A DNA stretch of 61,919 nt, taken from the IMG/VR virus record IMGVR_UViG_3300048574_000485, positions 1 to 61,919 of that record. One strand, 5' to 3'. A model generated the notes under the pieces. It made no database searches. It was not told the origin of the DNA and saw only the letters and a program-made list of their open reading frames with translations. The stretch is from a virus (taxonomy: Duplodnaviria > Caudoviricetes). This document shows, piece after piece, positions 35,001 through 44,152 of this stretch. The position numbers and the translations under genes were made by a program. How positions within the stretch are numbered: position 1 is the first letter of the stretch; every line of letters starts with the position of its first letter.

Positions 35001-35612
35001 TTACGCGCTGACGGTGTAGGTCACCTTCAGCTGGTCGCCGTTCTGCACCGCAACATCACCGCTGGAGAAGAGGGCAGTCGCCCAGAGGCAGCCGCCAGCC
35101 GCGTGATCGGACTTGAGATTGGCTTGGGCCACACCCCCAACGAGGAAGACACCCTTGATGGTGCCTGCCGACGTGACGTTGAAGATCGCCACGGTGCCGT
35201 TGGTGATCGACTGGTTCGCGGCAGCGTTCTCCTGCCACTCGGGACGGGTCGTCGCGTTGTCGGTGTTGTTGCCGTCCGTATAGCCGGTGAACTCGGCCCA
35301 GCCATTGCTGACACCGATGTTGGCATAGGTGTCCGTGGCAGCCAGAGCCGTGTAACCGGTGTTGTCGATCAGCCCGAGAAACCAGGATCCGATGGCGGTC
35401 GCGCCGTGGAACATCACGTCCAAAAGCTTGTTCTTGCCTTCGTTGCAGATCCCATTCGGGAATTGGTACTCATTGATCCGCTTTCCGTTGCGATAGTGCA
35501 CGACCACGAAACGGCCGCGGGGATTCAGGCCTTCGATATCGAGCGAGGGCGTCTGCTTCGTGCGGACCAGCGCGGCCTTGGCCTGTTGGGTCACGTTAAC
35601 GTGATTGGACAT
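35001..35612 (-). CDS. virion structural protein (tail/baseplate-associated)
   Basis: NGICNEGKNKLLD...GDQLKVTYTVS; follows the tape measure gene. Confidence 0.6.
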   Translation of the reverse strand: MSNHVNVTQQAKAALVRTKQTPSLDIEGLNPRGRFVVVHYRNGKRINEYQFPNGICNEGKNKLLDVMFHGATAIGSWFLGLIDNTGYTALAATDTYANIGVSNGWAEFTGYTDGNNTDNATTRPEWQENAAANQSITNGTVAIFNVTSAGTIKGVFLVGGVAQANLKSDHAAGGCLWATALFSSGDVAVQNGDQLKVTYTVSA

Positions 35613-35684
35613 GGGTAGGGTATCTCCCTGTTAGAAAATGGCCCCCAGCCGCTGGCGAGCGGTGGCTCGGGCTCTTGGTAGAAG

Positions 35685-35717
35685 AACCCGGTGCCGCCCT
35701 ACTGGCGGCACCGGGTT
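35685..35717 (-). terminator. stable hairpin after the tape measure gene
   Basis: AACCCGGTGCCGCC/GGCGGCACCGGGTT 14-bp inverted repeat. Confidence 0.55.
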
Positions 35718-35720
35718 GAA

Positions 35721-38700
35721 TTACAGACGAGAGGTGCCACGTCGCAGCTCACGACGCAGCTCGCTGGCGATCTGCCGGGCCGTCTGGCGACCAGAGTCGC
35801 CGCCCTTGACGGTCACATTGATGTCGCCAATGTTGGTCACCGTTCCGCCATCGGAACGGAATACCGGTTGAACTCCAGCGTTGATCGCCTGGAGCTGAGA
35901 GTAAAACCTTCGCGACGATGCGGCATTGATCACAGTCTCACCCGGAGTGAGCATTGCCGGGATGGTGTCGGTGCCCCGCCTGACAAAGCCTCCTCCGTCG
36001 AAGTAGCGAGCAATCCGATTGAACCGCTGCATCATGCCGCCATGCGCAACATAGCCAAGGTCCGAGGGGACTGACGACGCTGCGTAAGCCATGGTTTCGG
36101 CCTGAAGAGCGGCGTTCCAGAACGCATCGGCCAAGGCTTGGGCATTCTGCGTGGCATTGATCAAAGCCGCGTCTGTGCCCTGGACTGCGTTCTGAATACT
36201 CTGAGCGCCTTCCTTCACCTGCGGCACGACTTGCTGCATCCCCTTCAGTTGCTCACCGATCTGTGCATCGATTTGGCGGATGAGATCCAGCTCCTTGAGT
36301 GCCTCGGGGGCAGGCTTCGCCGGGTTGAGACGGCTGTTCCTGATCTTGTCAAGCGCCCCAGCTCGTTTATCAAGCTCGCTCAAGGCATTGTTTAACTCCA
36401 GGATCGGAGTCGCCATTGATGCGGTCTTGAAGGATCCCAAGGTCTTCAGGAACTGCTCGGTATCCGTCTTCAACTGCTCGACCGCATCGATTTGAAGGCC
36501 AGGATCCTTGACCGCCTCCTTGACCCGCGTGATCAACTTGTTGTATGCGACCGCAGCTTCGTCGATCTCTTGGATGGCGGTCGCGGTCATGTCACCCATC
36601 GGGATGACTTGCGTCCGCCTTTCCTGGAGTGTCTTGAGTCTTTTCGTCGCATCAATGAGCAGATTGTCGTAAGTCAGCAGTTCTCTTTGGGCATTCTGCA
36701 GCTGAAGCCGTTCCTCGTTGATCGCGTTTTTCCGTTCTTCGAAAGCCTTTAGAGCTTTCGTAGCGTCCGAGTGACTCTCAATGTCCATGCCCGTCAGCTG
36801 TTTGAGTGGCACGCCTGCCGGAAGCTTGGATGCGACCTGAGCCTGAGCAGCATTCACCTTGTCCACCAACTTCGCCAGCGCTTCGGGAGCGATGGTGATC
36901 TCCCGGATCTCGATGCTCTTTAGCTGCCGCTCTATCTCCGGCTTCAGGTTGTCAAATCTGAGCATCTCGGTGACAGATAGCTTGCCCCCTTGGGTAAAGA
37001 GCCGTTGGATCTCCTTGAATGCCGACTGGGCATCTTGGGTAGCCCGTTGTCGAACCTTGTCGGAAATCCCTTTCTCGCCCAGCGTCTTCAGCGCGTCATC
37101 GAGCTTCTTCTGCTGCGCTTCGATGCCCCAGAGATCCTGCGTACCTCGACGGGCAGCTTCTGCTTGCCGCTGTAGTTCCGCATCCTGGATATTCTGGTAC
37201 TGCTTTTCCGCTGCAATACGCTTATTGACGAGATCCGTTGCGGCTTCATCGGCCTTGTTCATCATCGCGCGGTTGTCCGCCTGCTTTCCAATCGCATAGG
37301 CCTGCTGGGTCAGGGCCTCCGCACGGCGAAATGCCTCGTCCGCGGATTGGAACTGCTCGGGTGTCGTCGCCGTCGACAGCTTTCGGGCCGCTTCAGAGCT
37401 GAGAGTCGACGATCGACTGAGAAGTTGGCCGAATTGTCGCAACGGCTCCAATTGATCGAGCTGGTGCTGGAAGAGCGTGTCACTCAGGCTGGCACGCTGA
37501 GACTCGATCCGTTTGAGCGAAGACTCAATTGCCCTGACGCCTTCGCGCTCAGCCTCGACCATCTTTCGGATGCGGTCCTTCTGCATGCTGACGATGGCGT
37601 CCACCGACTGCTTATAGACGGTCTCCTTGAGGGCCATCGCTTGTCGCGCATTGCCCACATCATCGAAATAGGCCTTCCGCTGCTCATTCAGCAGCTTCAA
37701 GTACTCCTGCAGCGTTTTGGCGTTCGTAACCTTCTCTTGGTCCAATCGTGCGCGAGCCAGTTCCTTCTCGAATGCCAGTTGTTGCTCCGCACTATTCCGC
37801 AGAGCCGTGACGGTCTTCCACATGGCGTCGCCAATGGTCCTGCCGAGAAAATCTCCGATGGACCATGCGGCCAATGCGCCGCCGACCACGGTCAAAGCTT
37901 TACCCATCGCGGTGACGCTCTTGGTGCCGTTCTCCATGGTGCTCGTGAAGAATTTGGCATGGGCGGCAGCAACGGTCAGACCAGCGCCGAACGTCGCCAC
38001 GAGACCGATGGCCGCCGTTATGGGCATGGCCAACGATCTCAACGCGTTGATGGCGGTATTCGCCCCTCCCACAAAGGCGAGGAACTTGGCCGCCGCTGCC
38101 ATCAACGTATCACCAAAGTCCGTCGCGAAGAAATTCCGCATCTTGTTCAAGTCTGCGGTGACCTTCTCGACATCCGTATCCACGATCAGCCGGAACTTCC
38201 TATTGAGAATCGCGCTGGATGCTCTCTGCAACTGATCGAGGGCTTGAGTGAACTTGATGGCACCTTCCTCGGACGTCAGTCGCAGGGCCGCATTCAAGGC
38301 GCGAACATTGGGGAATAGCCGGCCCATGTCAGCGATGCTCCCGCCGACCTCCTCCCGCATGGCCTGAAGAGCGCCGACTAGTCCAATCGCCGCGACCGCA
38401 TCCGCCCCGCTTTCATAGCCCAGCCGCTTCAACGCCTTGGCTCCAGCCTCCGAGGGCTTGATCAGCGCCGTCAGGACAGCGCGGATCTCCGTAGAAGCAC
38501 GGGCCGTGCTCTGCCCACCAATCGTGATGGATACCAGTGACGCTTCTAGTTCCTCCAGCGCGACGCCTAGCTCTGCTGCTGCAGGCATCGTCTGCCCGAA
38601 GGATGCGACCATTAGGCTTGCGCGAGTCTGGCCCAGCTCAATCGTTTTAAAGAACTGAGCCGCCATCCTGTCGGCATCATTGCTGTTCTTGCCGAAGCTG

Positions 38701-39620
38701 TTCATCGCTCCGGTCAGCAAGAGGATGGAGTCATCCACGCTAGAGACGGACACCTTGGCCAGCTTACCGGCAGCCCCCAGGACTTGTAGCGACTCTGCCG
38801 CCCCGCCGACTTGGTTCGACAGGGTTTGATAGTACCCCTCTGCAACCGTTTCAAAGGGTTGGTTCAACTGGTTGGAGAGGGCAATTACGTCTGTTTTGAT
38901 CATCCCCAGGTTGGGGTTGTCGCCCGAGATCGTTCCAATTTCTGCAACGCGCCGGTTGAAGTCGACCGTGTCGCGAATCGCCCCCCGCAGGGCATCACGA
39001 AAAGTGCTGAGGGCACGGACGATCGCCTGGGTCGTGACAATCCTGGCCATCGTCTTGAAGTCAACGGTGATCTCTTGCACGTTGGTCCGCATCTGACCGA
39101 GGGTGTGGTTCACGGCAGCGAGTTTGTTCGCCATCGTGTTGCCCGCCCCCGTAAACGTGCCGCCGAGACTATTGGCATACTGTTGGATGTCGTTGACCGT
39201 CATTCCCATCTTCTGTGCATAGGAAGCGGCATTTACGACGGCACTCTGATAGGCTCTCCGCATCGCCACCGTGGCAGCTTTGGGGATGGCCTGAAACTGC
39301 TGTTGAATTGCCTGGATGTACTCGCTGAGATCCGGGGGTGTCGCGGCTACAGTGGCCTTTTGGGTTTGTGCAGCGGTGGCCGAAGCGAAGTTGCTCTGCA
39401 ACTTCGCCACCTTCTCCAGATCTTTGACCGCCTGACTGGCAAAGCCGCCAACCTGGCGAAGGGCAGCCACCGTCTTCCCGGCCATCTTGTTGAAGCGGTC
39501 AAACGCCCCCAGGCCAGACGACAGTCGCCCCTCCAGGTTCTGAAGGGCCTTGTCCAGGGTGTCCAGGGCGCTGAGAGCCTCGGACGCATCAAAACCGATT
39601 GATTGACGGATTTCGTCCAT
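35721..39620 (-). CDS. tail tape measure protein
   Basis: 1299 aa, helical and Ala-rich; TP901-type core; C-terminal GTDTIPAMLTPGETVIN. Confidence 0.92.
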   Translation of the reverse strand: MDEIRQSIGFDASEALSALDTLDKALQNLEGRLSSGLGAFDRFNKMAGKTVAALRQVGGFASQAVKDLEKVAKLQSNFASATAAQTQKATVAATPPDLSEYIQAIQQQFQAIPKAATVAMRRAYQSAVVNAASYAQKMGMTVNDIQQYANSLGGTFTGAGNTMANKLAAVNHTLGQMRTNVQEITVDFKTMARIVTTQAIVRALSTFRDALRGAIRDTVDFNRRVAEIGTISGDNPNLGMIKTDVIALSNQLNQPFETVAEGYYQTLSNQVGGAAESLQVLGAAGKLAKVSVSSVDDSILLLTGAMNSFGKNSNDADRMAAQFFKTIELGQTRASLMVASFGQTMPAAAELGVALEELEASLVSITIGGQSTARASTEIRAVLTALIKPSEAGAKALKRLGYESGADAVAAIGLVGALQAMREEVGGSIADMGRLFPNVRALNAALRLTSEEGAIKFTQALDQLQRASSAILNRKFRLIVDTDVEKVTADLNKMRNFFATDFGDTLMAAAAKFLAFVGGANTAINALRSLAMPITAAIGLVATFGAGLTVAAAHAKFFTSTMENGTKSVTAMGKALTVVGGALAAWSIGDFLGRTIGDAMWKTVTALRNSAEQQLAFEKELARARLDQEKVTNAKTLQEYLKLLNEQRKAYFDDVGNARQAMALKETVYKQSVDAIVSMQKDRIRKMVEAEREGVRAIESSLKRIESQRASLSDTLFQHQLDQLEPLRQFGQLLSRSSTLSSEAARKLSTATTPEQFQSADEAFRRAEALTQQAYAIGKQADNRAMMNKADEAATDLVNKRIAAEKQYQNIQDAELQRQAEAARRGTQDLWGIEAQQKKLDDALKTLGEKGISDKVRQRATQDAQSAFKEIQRLFTQGGKLSVTEMLRFDNLKPEIERQLKSIEIREITIAPEALAKLVDKVNAAQAQVASKLPAGVPLKQLTGMDIESHSDATKALKAFEERKNAINEERLQLQNAQRELLTYDNLLIDATKRLKTLQERRTQVIPMGDMTATAIQEIDEAAVAYNKLITRVKEAVKDPGLQIDAVEQLKTDTEQFLKTLGSFKTASMATPILELNNALSELDKRAGALDKIRNSRLNPAKPAPEALKELDLIRQIDAQIGEQLKGMQQVVPQVKEGAQSIQNAVQGTDAALINATQNAQALADAFWNAALQAETMAYAASSVPSDLGYVAHGGMMQRFNRIARYFDGGGFVRRGTDTIPAMLTPGETVINAASSRRFYSQLQAINAGVQPVFRSDGGTVTNIGDINVTVKGGDSGRQTARQIASELRRELRRGTSRL

Positions 39621-39622
39621 CG

Positions 39623-40126
39623 CTACACCCTGTACGACTTGAGGGTCAGGCTATCCCATGGGGACGGCAGCCGAACGGCGGCTAGCGCCGGTTGGGCCAC
39701 TGCCGCGGCGATGTCCTGGAAGTGATAAGGCCCAGGCTGCTTCAGCTGGGAAATAAGACCGGGGTCGGGATCGACGTTCGCGTTGTGGTATTCGTTCCAG
39801 ATGAGGTGAGGGAGGGATGTGGAATACGTGAACGTGTAGATCCCTTTCTGGGGATCCGTCTCAACCACCCCCTCCCCCATCCGGTGCCCCAGCGCAACGC
39901 GGTTGATCGCGTTGTCTGGCGAGATCGACATCCGAAAATCGATCTCCATGGCCAGCCGCAAGAACGTGGCGTGGCTAGCGCCGGACCAGACAGGGATGAC
40001 CTGGAGTGCAGCTGCGATCCAGGCGAACGCCGCCTTGCCGAGAGCCGATGAGAGGTACGCATGCATACGCTTGCGGTACTTCGCCTTGTCCAGGCGAGGA
40101 GCAACGAAGCGGATCCGAAATCGCAT
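39623..40126 (-). CDS. neck/tail completion protein (HK97 gp10-like)
   Basis: IPVWSGASHAT, WNEY; start uncertain. Confidence 0.5.
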   Translation of the reverse strand: MRFRIRFVAPRLDKAKYRKRMHAYLSSALGKAAFAWIAAALQVIPVWSGASHATFLRLAMEIDFRMSISPDNAINRVALGHRMGEGVVETDPQKGIYTFTYSTSLPHLIWNEYHNANVDPDPGLISQLKQPGPYHFQDIAAAVAQPALAAVRLPSPWDSLTLKSYRV

Positions 40127-40136
40127 GGTCAGCAGC

Positions 40137-40409
40137 CTATTTGCGAGTGCGGGGTCGCCCATGACCACTGGAGAACGGTTGGAACGCATTGGCGATCTGC
40201 GACGCACGCTCTGACTCGTCGTGTTCACACACTTGGTCGAACGCGAGGATCAGAGCTTGAGTGTGGACGCTGCACTCGTCCCAGGAGGCCTTGACGCCTG
40301 GTGGCAGGATTCCTAGTCGCTGACAGGCGCACCAGACTGCGTACTCGGCAGTTCGGTACTTGGGCCAGAGGATGCGGGAGCTGCCAGCTGCTGACCACGT
40401 AGAAAAACC
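40137..40409 (-). CDS. -1 frameshift extension of the tail assembly chaperone (gpT-like)
   Basis: open -1 frame without ATG after G GTT TTT: STWSAAGSSRILWPKYRTAEYAVWCACQRLGILPP...RPRTRK*. Confidence 0.75.
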   Translation of the reverse strand, partial: GFSTWSAAGSSRILWPKYRTAEYAVWCACQRLGILPPGVKASWDECSVHTQALILAFDQVCEHDESERASQIANAFQPFSSGHGRPRTRK

Positions 40410-40840
40410 TCGCGAGCCTTTTTGAGCTTGCTTTCATCCAAGCAGTTGGCTTCCAGGGCCAGCTGGATGACGCGGTTGATCTCGACCTGGGACAGACCGC
40501 CGTTTCGCATATCCTGCTCCCAGTTCGCCCAGGTGCTCGGATTGGACGGATCCACGGTCTCCCACTCGACCTGGGAAGGCTCGAGCGAGTTGATGACCAG
40601 GTAGGCCAGCCGCCGCTTGTGGTAGCTCGCCAAGACCGACTTGTAGTTCTCGTCGTCGGGGTTGGGCACCCAGCCGTCCTTGGTGAGCTTGCCCGGCGGG
40701 GTCGGCTCGGGGCAGAGCTTCTGGAACTCCTCCATGTCGGGAAGGCCGATCGCACGGAACACGATCTGCTGGTCACCGCGAGGCAGGATGAGGATCTCTT
40801 CCGTTGGAAGGGTCTTCGGATCAACTCCACCAATACGCAT
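40313..40840 (-). CDS. tail assembly chaperone (gpG-like)
   Basis: lies between the tail tube and tape measure genes; slippery site near the 3' end. Confidence 0.8.
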   Translation of the reverse strand: MRIGGVDPKTLPTEEILILPRGDQQIVFRAIGLPDMEEFQKLCPEPTPPGKLTKDGWVPNPDDENYKSVLASYHKRRLAYLVINSLEPSQVEWETVDPSNPSTWANWEQDMRNGGLSQVEINRVIQLALEANCLDESKLKKAREVFLRGQQLAAPASSGPSTELPSTQSGAPVSD

Positions 40841-40928
40841 TCTGCTAGTCTCCCTCAAACACAAACGAGAAACGCTGCCGGGCTGAACAATTCAGCCTGG
40901 CACTACCGAACCAGCACGGAGCGGCGCC

Positions 40929-41684
40929 CTACGCGGCGGCAGCCTGCCGAGACACGCTCGGCTCGCTCGCATTGCAGCGTCCCTTGGTCGAGATCGTGGC
41001 ATCGCTGAGATTGAACTCCAGCGAGTCGTAGCGGAAATCGGGGAAGAGAGTGATCTCCGTAGACGTTTGGCCGCACGGCGGCTTGTGCTCTACTTCAAGA
41101 TCAACGGCATACGGCTCACAGAGGTCCGTCGAAGAGCTGACCCACTCGGCCGCGCCGCCCTTACGCTTGAGCGCGTCCACGACGGTGACAGGCTCGCCCG
41201 TCCCCGACGTGACATGCTCATACACGAAGTCGATGGTGACATCGAGCGGCACCTGATTGCCCTCGCGTACGGTGTCGAGGTTCCCTCGGTCGAGCTGGTA
41301 GTTGTATTCCTTGTTCTCGGTATACGTCAGATTGCCGTCACCGGTCTTGACCTCCAGCTGCTGGGGCAGGAACGTGATCACGGCGTTGTCAGCCGGAACC
41401 CCAGCGACGGTGGACAACGCGGGGCTGAACGTAATCTCGGTCGTCGGACCAGTGCCGTCGCTCGGGGTACGCGCGGTAACCGTGTATGTGCCGGTGCAGC
41501 CCGCCACGGTAAACCGAGCGCCAACCGGAATCAGGTCCGTCTGGGCGGTATTCAGCGCCACAGCGTCGACGGCCAGTTGTGTGTCGCCATCTGCAGGCGG
41601 GATCGCCGTCTGATTGACGGCCGCCGTCCCCGACAAGCCATCCTTGATGCGGATAATGGCATTACGCAGTTCAATACGTGCCAT
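40929..41684 (-). CDS. major tail (tube) protein
   Basis: size, position, strong AGGAG RBS, beta-rich sequence. Confidence 0.75.
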   Translation of the reverse strand: MARIELRNAIIRIKDGLSGTAAVNQTAIPPADGDTQLAVDAVALNTAQTDLIPVGARFTVAGCTGTYTVTARTPSDGTGPTTEITFSPALSTVAGVPADNAVITFLPQQLEVKTGDGNLTYTENKEYNYQLDRGNLDTVREGNQVPLDVTIDFVYEHVTSGTGEPVTVVDALKRKGGAAEWVSSSTDLCEPYAVDLEVEHKPPCGQTSTEITLFPDFRYDSLEFNLSDATISTKGRCNASEPSVSRQAAAA

Positions 41685-41699
41685 TGAGCGTATCTCCTG

Positions 41700-42191
41700 T
41701 TAGTCTGTTAGGTACATGACGTAACGAGCATCCACTGCCGACTGGCGGATACGATCCGTCGCATCGATTTGGCCGAAGTGGAGCACTCGGACAGACTCAC
41801 CCGGCTCAGGCCGAGGGTGAAGGCAGCCTACGTAACTGCCGTCATCACCCGGTTGCGAACCGTACCGGTAGACGTGGATGGGCTGATCCATGGCTTCATG
41901 AAACAGCCCTGCGTGGTTGAGAAAGACATGGCGGTTCTTCCACGGTCGATCAAACCGACTCGTCAGAAGGACGTTGACGTCGGTCCACAAGCGGTAGTAG
42001 CCGTGGCTGAGTTCTTGGGTATACGGGCCGTTCACTCGGATCTCGATGCGTTCAGACTGCTCCATGAATGACGTTGTGCGGTCATCGATACCTTCGATGA
42101 GGGCCGGCAGCTGATTGGCATCAGCGACAGCTTTCAGGTAGGTGGAGCACGACGCGTAGACCCAGCGAGCCCAACTTGGGTTTGCTGGCAT
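41700..42191 (-). CDS. tail terminator/completion protein
   Basis: position between head closure and tail tube genes. Confidence 0.55.
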   Translation of the reverse strand: MPANPSWARWVYASCSTYLKAVADANQLPALIEGIDDRTTSFMEQSERIEIRVNGPYTQELSHGYYRLWTDVNVLLTSRFDRPWKNRHVFLNHAGLFHEAMDQPIHVYRYGSQPGDDGSYVGCLHPRPEPGESVRVLHFGQIDATDRIRQSAVDARYVMYLTD

Positions 42192-43771
42192 TAGAGGATC
42201 CCTGCGCCGAAGAGCGATTCGGAGCCTGTGTGGAGGGTGTCAGGCATGCTGCCCAGCGTGGCCTGCACCGAAAAGAACGTCTTGTCTTGCGACCAGTAGA
42301 GCCGGTTGGTGTCAGCGTGGTAGGTGATGCCCTCGGCCACATTCGCCATCTGGCACACCACCTGTTGGTTCGTGCCCGACAGATTGTTGCGATACAGGTA
42401 TTTCTTCGTTCCGTCGGCAATGACGCTGCAATAGAACAGCCACCCGCCCGAAGCATCAGCAGTGAGCCCAGAGATTTCCCAAGGTAGAGAACCTTTGAGG
42501 ACCGTGTACTGAGAGAAGTCCGAACTATGGAACCGAACCAGTGCGCGGTTGTTGGTGCTGGCATTCAGAATCGACCCGTACAGCGTCCCATTTACGGCGA
42601 CCAGCGAGAAGACATCGACATACTGGGAAAAGGCGTATTCGACCACACCCGTACCATCCAGGTTTGCCTTCCCGATCTTGTACACCGGGTCCGATGTGGC
42701 ACGGGCAAAGTAGAGCTTTCCAGCGGCGGGATCGATGCAGAGCGCCCTCAGGCCAGGGTAGCTAGACGCTGAGAGCACGAGACTCTTGGGTGTCGCATAG
42801 TCGGCACTAGCAGCCTTGCGATAAATGCCGTGGCTCGCCTCAAGCCAGTAGACGTGCCCAGCCGCGGCATCGGTCTTTACATGCTGGATCGCGTCTGGCC
42901 CGACTGCGGTGAAACTCCTCTTGAAGGTGCCTGTAAGCGTATACGCTTGCAGCTTGCCTTGTGTGAAATTGCTGATGTACGCAACCGCGTTTGCCCCCGC
43001 GATATGCGTAGAGGCACTCGACTGATCAACAGCAAGCAGTGAGCTGCCACTGCGTGAGTACACGGGCTGGAGACAACTGTCCTGCCCCAATGCCAGCGGC
43101 GATTCCGAATCTCGCGGATAGCCGGAAACGGTCAGCGTAGCTTGCTGCTCCGGCGTGAGTGACGAGTCCGCAACTCGCAGGCAGCCGAGAACAAACGAGG
43201 CAGCCTGCGCAGCCGGAATCACATCCGGCGACAATCCCACGCTGACCGGAGGTGGCGGCTGGGGTCCTACCTCCGGCACCGGCGGGGCACTTACGACAGG
43301 CACCGTGTCCTTGGCGTAGAGGTGATGAACTCTTCCCGGGTTTTCTCCGATCAGCGCTTTGCCGATGACCACCCATGCGGCGTCAAACTCAAACTCCTGG
43401 ATGCTGTCAATCGAGTACTGCCGATTGCCGTAGGCCAACCAGTCGTCCTTATGCAGTTGCAGGCCGGGTACATCTCGCCGGTCGATGATGAACATGCGGG
43501 TGCCAGAGTCGTAGTACCCGCCCATCACCATGCCCTTGTTGGCCGAGATGGCAGAGATCGACCGCTGTGCTTCGCGTGCCACCTTCACCGGGAGAACAAT
43601 TGCCCTGTCTACCCTCGTGGCATTCCTGGATACCTTGGCCGCGCCAGTAATCGGGTCCACATGAGAGCCAACCAGCGAGAAGATATCCACAGTGCCGCCG
43701 TATTGTCGCTTCAGCGAGTACAGAGCCTGCTGAATCTGTCGATTGAGTATGCGGTCAGCTGGGTAGCTCAT
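42191..43771 (-). CDS. head-closure protein fused to a beta-propeller
   Basis: N-terminal ~150 aa closure-like domain, Pro-rich linker, YWTD-like blades (HVYWLE, KLYFAR, WLFYCS, RLYWSQ). Confidence 0.6.
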   Translation of the reverse strand: MSYPADRILNRQIQQALYSLKRQYGGTVDIFSLVGSHVDPITGAAKVSRNATRVDRAIVLPVKVAREAQRSISAISANKGMVMGGYYDSGTRMFIIDRRDVPGLQLHKDDWLAYGNRQYSIDSIQEFEFDAAWVVIGKALIGENPGRVHHLYAKDTVPVVSAPPVPEVGPQPPPPVSVGLSPDVIPAAQAASFVLGCLRVADSSLTPEQQATLTVSGYPRDSESPLALGQDSCLQPVYSRSGSSLLAVDQSSASTHIAGANAVAYISNFTQGKLQAYTLTGTFKRSFTAVGPDAIQHVKTDAAAGHVYWLEASHGIYRKAASADYATPKSLVLSASSYPGLRALCIDPAAGKLYFARATSDPVYKIGKANLDGTGVVEYAFSQYVDVFSLVAVNGTLYGSILNASTNNRALVRFHSSDFSQYTVLKGSLPWEISGLTADASGGWLFYCSVIADGTKKYLYRNNLSGTNQQVVCQMANVAEGITYHADTNRLYWSQDKTFFSVQATLGSMPDTLHTGSESLFGAGIL

Positions 43772-43783
43772 GGTCCTCCTCGA

Positions 43784-44071
43784 CTACGGCTTGGGAGGCG
43801 TCTTGCCATTCTGCCGGTCAAGGGAGCGTTCCAGCCGTTCCATGACCGCCGTGTTCTTGGCAATCACCTCCGAGCATTCGCGGACCAGGGGCAGGATTAC
43901 CTTCCGCTGCTCATCTTCCAGCTGGTCGATTCGCAGATTGAGCCGCTCTTCACGTCGGTAATCCCTCCAGACGAAGAAAACACAGGCGACGATGAGAGGC
44001 CCAAAACTCTTGACTAGCCAGACCAGATCAGAGAGATCGCTGATCAGGCCGATCGGTAACGACGTGTCCAT
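43784..44071 (-). CDS. single-TM membrane protein, holin-like
   Basis: FGPLIVACVFFVW then a charged coiled coil. Confidence 0.55.
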   Translation of the reverse strand: MDTSLPIGLISDLSDLVWLVKSFGPLIVACVFFVWRDYRREERLNLRIDQLEDEQRKVILPLVRECSEVIAKNTAVMERLERSLDRQNGKTPPKP

Positions 44072-44095
44072 CGTCGCAGCCCTTTCCAAGGAGAG

Positions 44096-44131
44096 AGCCA
44101 CCCACCCGGAGTTGCCTCCCGGTGGGTGGCT
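44096..44131 (-). terminator. hairpin after the capsid gene
   Basis: AGCCACCCACC/GGTGGGTGGCT inverted repeat. Confidence 0.55.
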
Positions 44132-44152
44132 GCAATGGTCGGAGCAGAGCGA

